From positions 1,736,001 to 1,800,000 of the forward strand of contig CP110440.1 of the NCBI GenBank assembly GCA_026914245.1: a DNA stretch of 64,000 nucleotides, read 5' to 3'. Position 1 is the first letter of the stretch; each line of letters opens with the position of its first letter. This DNA comes from Puccinia triticina. Lineage: Eukaryota. Made by a program: the position numbers and the translations under genes. The notes below the pieces were generated by a model. That model was not told the origin of the DNA. It was given only the letters and a program-made list of their open reading frames with translations, and made no database searches. Below are positions 60,701 to 64,000 of this stretch, piece after piece.

Positions 60701-61959
60701 GGTATTGGCGTCAAATGGAGCTGTTCCTATCGTCGTTGATTAAACCTCAGGGAATGGAAGCCGAGAAATTTCGCGCCTTAAAGAGAAGATCCACAGATTT
60801 CTTTCTTCAGCATGGCAGGCTTATGAAGAGGGGCAGCCCGCTTCCCAGGATTGTCATCACTATCCCCGCTAAACAGGAGGAAGTTCTTCAACAGTTACAC
60901 GAGAATTTGGGCCATAGGGGAGTGACGGAAACCTATCGATGGGTCTCGGAGCGTTTCTGGTGGCCCTCCTTGAAGCAATCCGTGGCGCGCTGGTGTCAAA
61001 GCTGCGACGCCTGTCAGAGGCGCAGTCTCCGGCGGCCCTTGGAGCAGCGGTACCCAACAGGAGAGTCTACGGTGTTTGGACGAGTGGCAATGGATGCTGT
61101 GCACTTGAAGGCAGGCGGAGCTAAGTATCTCATAGTTGCACGGGATGATTTCTCCGGCTGGGTGGAGGCTAAGATCTTAAATAATCTCACTTCAGAGGCG
61201 GTGGCCTCTTTCCTCCAAGAACATTGGACAATGCGTTACGGGCCGGCTCAATCTTATTCCACCAACGGCGGCTCAGAGTTCTGCGGCGCGTTGGCTGACA
61301 TGCTGCGCGCTTTACCAGGACAGCACCGAGTATCGACACCCTACTACCCGGAGGGGCAGGGCATGGTCGAGCGGGGACACGCACCGTTGAAGGCTGCTCT
61401 AGTCAAGTTAGCGGGTGAGAGCGGCAAGCACTGCCGCAAGTTTCTTCCGTTAGTGCTGTTTGCGGATCGAATCTCGACCAAGCGCACCACAGGGTACTCC
61501 CCATATGAGTTGCTTTTCGGACAACGGGCAGTATTGCCCATCGACCTGGAAATGGAGTCCTATCTCGGCGTGGACTGGGAATCGGTACGAACAACCTCGG
61601 ATCTTCTGGCGGCTAGGTTGATTCAGCTGGAGAGAAGCGAAGAGACGCGGGGCATAGCCCATCGCAAAATGATGGAGGCACGCCGCAAGTCAGTCCAATA
61701 TTGGACCAACAAGTGTTCCGGCCGGCTCCGCGGAGCCCTTGCGCCGGGGGAAATGGTCATGGCGTATAACTGGTCACTAGAAACGCAGTGGGGTCAGTTA
61801 TTCGCTCATCGGTGGAATGGGCCTTACCGCGTCGTCCGCCAAGTCGAGGGAGGCTCTTACATCTTGGCTGATCTGGACGGCACCGAGCTCAAGAGGGGCT
61901 TCGCGGCCGATCAAGTCAAGAAGTATTTTTCGCGCAAGGTTTTGGAGGAACAAAAGTAA
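57760..61959 (+). CDS. pol: Pol (long spacer, RT, RNase H, integrase) in the -1 frame; open but with catalytic D>N changes
   Basis: LRVVHDLQPLN, LPQG, FINDGG, LAVDSS, HENLGHRG..C..C, STNGGSEF, GPY. Confidence 0.88.
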   Translation: MNTVGSVLGSFNLDARTLAVESTHLSEYHWPGFLFTSSFSHQIIKPEKHSQIIKKSKKKIGSQFHPSFKSQLYIRRGAGEEKKGISWGISGTEVSPIHCAPPGISTRVENITCHAVSHPCSPSFFSSTVNPSNPDHSLREENKLSSICHKEASAPSREPSSSPQFSFQEKSQDSKCDCLREENKLLLLREEAKLITSYDGLRDEGKLFSSETEAQARKQDSEIPRRIGSSKVSSSQYAPPRHDASPSSKTLPRATLVSHNPDFGAFPSGSGATGSAACGAELRNELKLCSLGMECEGGFVMFGPSWRAYGVKVSSHQYAPPRRDAPPSSKTLPRATYVSKDFLDGLSFSDKAAFGSWAEHRTRLLMDSGLRYNAQVDLARSWKEGVYLALAAKYKPVAKKVKPVNQPMPQELNPPLRRPPLSRDPYKGLSHSLAGPFVPKGRVTEERLSVVNFGPEGWLYPDELSLIKNVLAERNLAIAFTEDERGLLKETYGLPYIIPVVEHEPWQKRKIPIPAAKAEEYIRIIRERVRNGLYEQSTSSYSSPVFCVLKGNGKLRVVHDLQPLNKVTIRDAGVPPATEEFVESFSGQACYGLGDIMGGYNERALHPISRPLTTFNTPLGRFQLTRLPQGATNSVAVYQAQMVLILQDEIPEHAGIFINDGGIKGPKSDYGNKTLSWNCRIRRFIWEYAEVLERILFQIEESGLTVSASKLAACVPALEIVGHVVCKAGRKMAASKVNKITSWPTPVNATEVRGFLGVVVYVWIFIPSLSQICLPLRRLTRKDSEWNWTEDCEQAFQELKELVGKDIVLVKIDYGPNAGKLKLAVDSSFHAAGAVLTQADDNGLDRPALYKSLLFSEVESRYSKSKLELCGVARILKKLQTVLWGQYFELQVDAQSLIQMINAPSLPNAPMTRWVAFIQLFSFEIVHRPGKSFTMPNGLSRRPQGDDESDPPSDFDEESPLIRPVYSFAAEAGEYSGYQEGYWRQMELFLSSLIKPQGMEAEKFRALKRRSTDFFLQHGRLMKRGSPLPRIVITIPAKQEEVLQQLHENLGHRGVTETYRWVSERFWWPSLKQSVARWCQSCDACQRRSLRRPLEQRYPTGESTVFGRVAMDAVHLKAGGAKYLIVARDDFSGWVEAKILNNLTSEAVASFLQEHWTMRYGPAQSYSTNGGSEFCGALADMLRALPGQHRVSTPYYPEGQGMVERGHAPLKAALVKLAGESGKHCRKFLPLVLFADRISTKRTTGYSPYELLFGQRAVLPIDLEMESYLGVDWESVRTTSDLLAARLIQLERSEETRGIAHRKMMEARRKSVQYWTNKCSGRLRGALAPGEMVMAYNWSLETQWGQLFAHRWNGPYRVVRQVEGGSYILADLDGTELKRGFAADQVKKYFSRKVLEEQK

Positions 61960-64000
61960 GTTCCATCCAATAGTGCACCTCCTAGGGTAACTCTACACGT
62001 CGTCAAAGCATCACATGCCACTCTGTGAGCCATACCGTCGCGGTTTTCTTTTTTTTTTTTTTTTTCCTGTCCGGCAGCAGGTAACCAAGAGCAGCGTGCA
62101 GTCTAGGGACAGACTGCAAACTGGGGGAAGATGTGGAGTTCTGGGGCGCACTCAGGATGAAAATGCACGGGCAAGATCTCAAGGCTCAACCGCGCGGCGG
62201 GCGCCCCATCCTCAAGACGTATCAGGATTTTCTTTTCTTCATGGTCTATCCTTCCCCCTTCCCTAAGTCTCCCTAACTCTCCGTCCTGTCTCTTTTCTTT
62301 TCCTTTCCTTCCTTCTTTCTTTCTTTCTCTCCTATTATTCCCCCTTCTCTTCCTCACCTGTGTTGGTTTTCTTTATTACTTTGGTTGTTTTCTTTTTCTT
62401 GTTGTCTTAGACATTTTGTCCTAGGTATCAGTGGAGTGGGTTGGTTTTTGTTTTGAGTTTTGTTTGGTTTTGTTCTTTTCTTTTTTCTCATCCTCTCATC
62501 CTAGTTGTACGGGTGCGGCGGGCACGAGGGCTCGTCGCGCGGCATGTTGCGGGCCTGAATCCAAGTCAGCCAAACTTGGAGGAAGGATCCGCATGGTATC
62601 CACCTCTGAACCACGAGGAATATCATCACCTTTTTGAGTTCTTGAGCTTATTGATCCCGGACCGTGTAGATCCTTCCCCGCATACTTCTGAGTTTTGAGT
62701 ACCCGAGACTTCCAAGTTTCTTTTATCTGATCACCTCCCGATAATCCCGACGACCGCGCCGGCTTCCTTCTATCCTTATCTGAGCTTTTTTACCCAACCA
62801 AACCCGCCGAGGGTATTCCAACCCCCTTGTTTCCTCTCAATAAATCCCCCCCCCCCCCCCCCAACAGCTATCACACCTTTCGACCCGTATCCGATACTTC
62901 TCGCAGGACCACCGACGAGGGCAGCACTCAGCACCATCCCCTCAACCGACTGCCACGGCTCAGACCCGACAGGAGTCCATATCGGGCACAACGAAACCGC
63001 TTCGGCGGCTGCGATGCTGTCCCGTTGCTTGGCCGTCGCCTTCGCCTGTGCTGTTTGATGATCCAAAGAGTGTATCCGCTTGCCAGCGGTTCCTAAACAA
63101 TCTGGCTGGGTGTGGGGAATGGGGAACTCACATCGCGGGAGTGTTTCACCGCACGTAGTGCGCACCCCCTCGTCAAATACCCTTGCTTGCCTCCCTACGG
63201 GCTCCACCCCGTCGCTGGAGGTTGTTGTTGGGCAAGACGCAACCGCTTCGACGGCCGCGACGTGATCTAAGTTGGAGTGTTCTGGGTGCTCCCGGAAGCG
63301 GTGCTCCTTCCAATTGATCAGGTGTCCGTATTGGCGGATCCAAGGCATGCCCAGGATTCCGTCATAGGAGTCCTTCAGCCTCGTGACAATAAAAGTTGTT
63401 GGAGCTTGGTCGTTGTCAAGCCTTAAGTCGATCTCTCTAGAGGTCCTGCTCCTTGATCCATTGAAATCTGAGATGATTCTCTCACTCAGCATTGGTCTGC
63501 ACCGCAGACCGTGTTTGTCAATGAAGTTGTCACTCATGACACTGTGGGTGGCACCCGAGTCGATGAGGAATAAGGTGCGATGGGTTGTGGCTCTGAGAGA
63601 ATGTGTAGTATTGATTGCTAAGGAGAGGAGCATTTGGGGATCTGAGGTATTAAAAGGGGTAATACTACTCGTTCCAAGTTCTGCTACTACAGGATCTCTG
63701 ATGCTCGGGGGAGGCACAACCTTCACTCCCGAGCATCACCATTTTTTGACTCTTCCGCCCGCCCAGCGCTCTCGCTCGTCCCCTGGCCCGTGGTCAAACG
63801 TCGAACTTGCTCTTCCAACTCGGCGATCCGGATTGCCGCCTTTCCTTTTCCCTTAAACTCCTTTGGGCACTCTTTGTCGCCGCAAAAAAAACAAAGTCCG
63901 GATCTCATCATGTCGGCCTTTTCTTTGGCTGAGAGTTGCCCGCGCATCGCCGACAGGTCTATGGCGTTAGGGTCGACGGTGGTCATATTGGTACCGTTGA

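Larger units (their letters stand above)
54403..62981 (+). mobile_element. Full-length Ty3/Gypsy element without chromodomain, 4-bp TSD
   Basis: ~850-bp LTRs at 54403-55251 and 62132-62981 (about 6 substitutions), TSD TCGG, PPT at 62118-62131, tRNA-Tyr PBS. Confidence 0.96.
52271..64000 (-). mobile_element. Truncated chromovirus-type Gypsy (gag end, PR, RT, RNase H; integrase lost), split by the 54403-62981 insertion, runs off the window
   Basis: ORFs 63723-63986, 62986-63726 (LIDSGAT) and 52271-54400 (YLDD, RNase H) are closely similar to element 35970-41696. Confidence 0.9.

Noticed and set aside
62776..62985. C-terminal part of the 316-aa ORF, and Lys/Phe-rich ORFs at 2539-2943, 54344-54628 and 62103-62357
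   Set aside because: Read-through into low-complexity LTR sequence.

Overview
Eukaryotic, repeat-dominated DNA, most likely from a rust fungus (Pucciniales). This is inferred from the element families, short GT-AG introns and pervasive CpG decay. Host content is small: one apparently intact 4-exon secreted-protein gene (14077-11265), its frameshifted paralog (51265-48406), and a broken Crinkler-type (Ubl-like header + P-loop NTPase + restriction-endonuclease-like) gene (~4255-1480). The rest is stacked transposons. One nest is five deep (PIF/Harbinger > MULE > hAT > Copia > Gypsy, 17505-35030). A second nest is Tc1-like > CACTA > hAT. There is also a full-length chromovirus (35970-41696), a full-length 4-bp-TSD Gypsy (54403-62981) inserted in a truncated chromovirus-type element, several solo LTRs and a 29-bp hairpin minisatellite. 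Three signals stand out. (1) Two unrelated Gypsy lineages carry repeated, fixed-length intron-like cassettes (strong 5' donor, pyrimidine tract + YAG, no canonical branch point) that are retained in their retrotransposed copies. (2) One element has a 51-nt primer-binding site copied from mature tRNA-Tyr that ends at G26. (3) One LTR lineage appears to insert with 4-bp TSDs centred on CpG. All coordinates were read by eye and no database searches were run.
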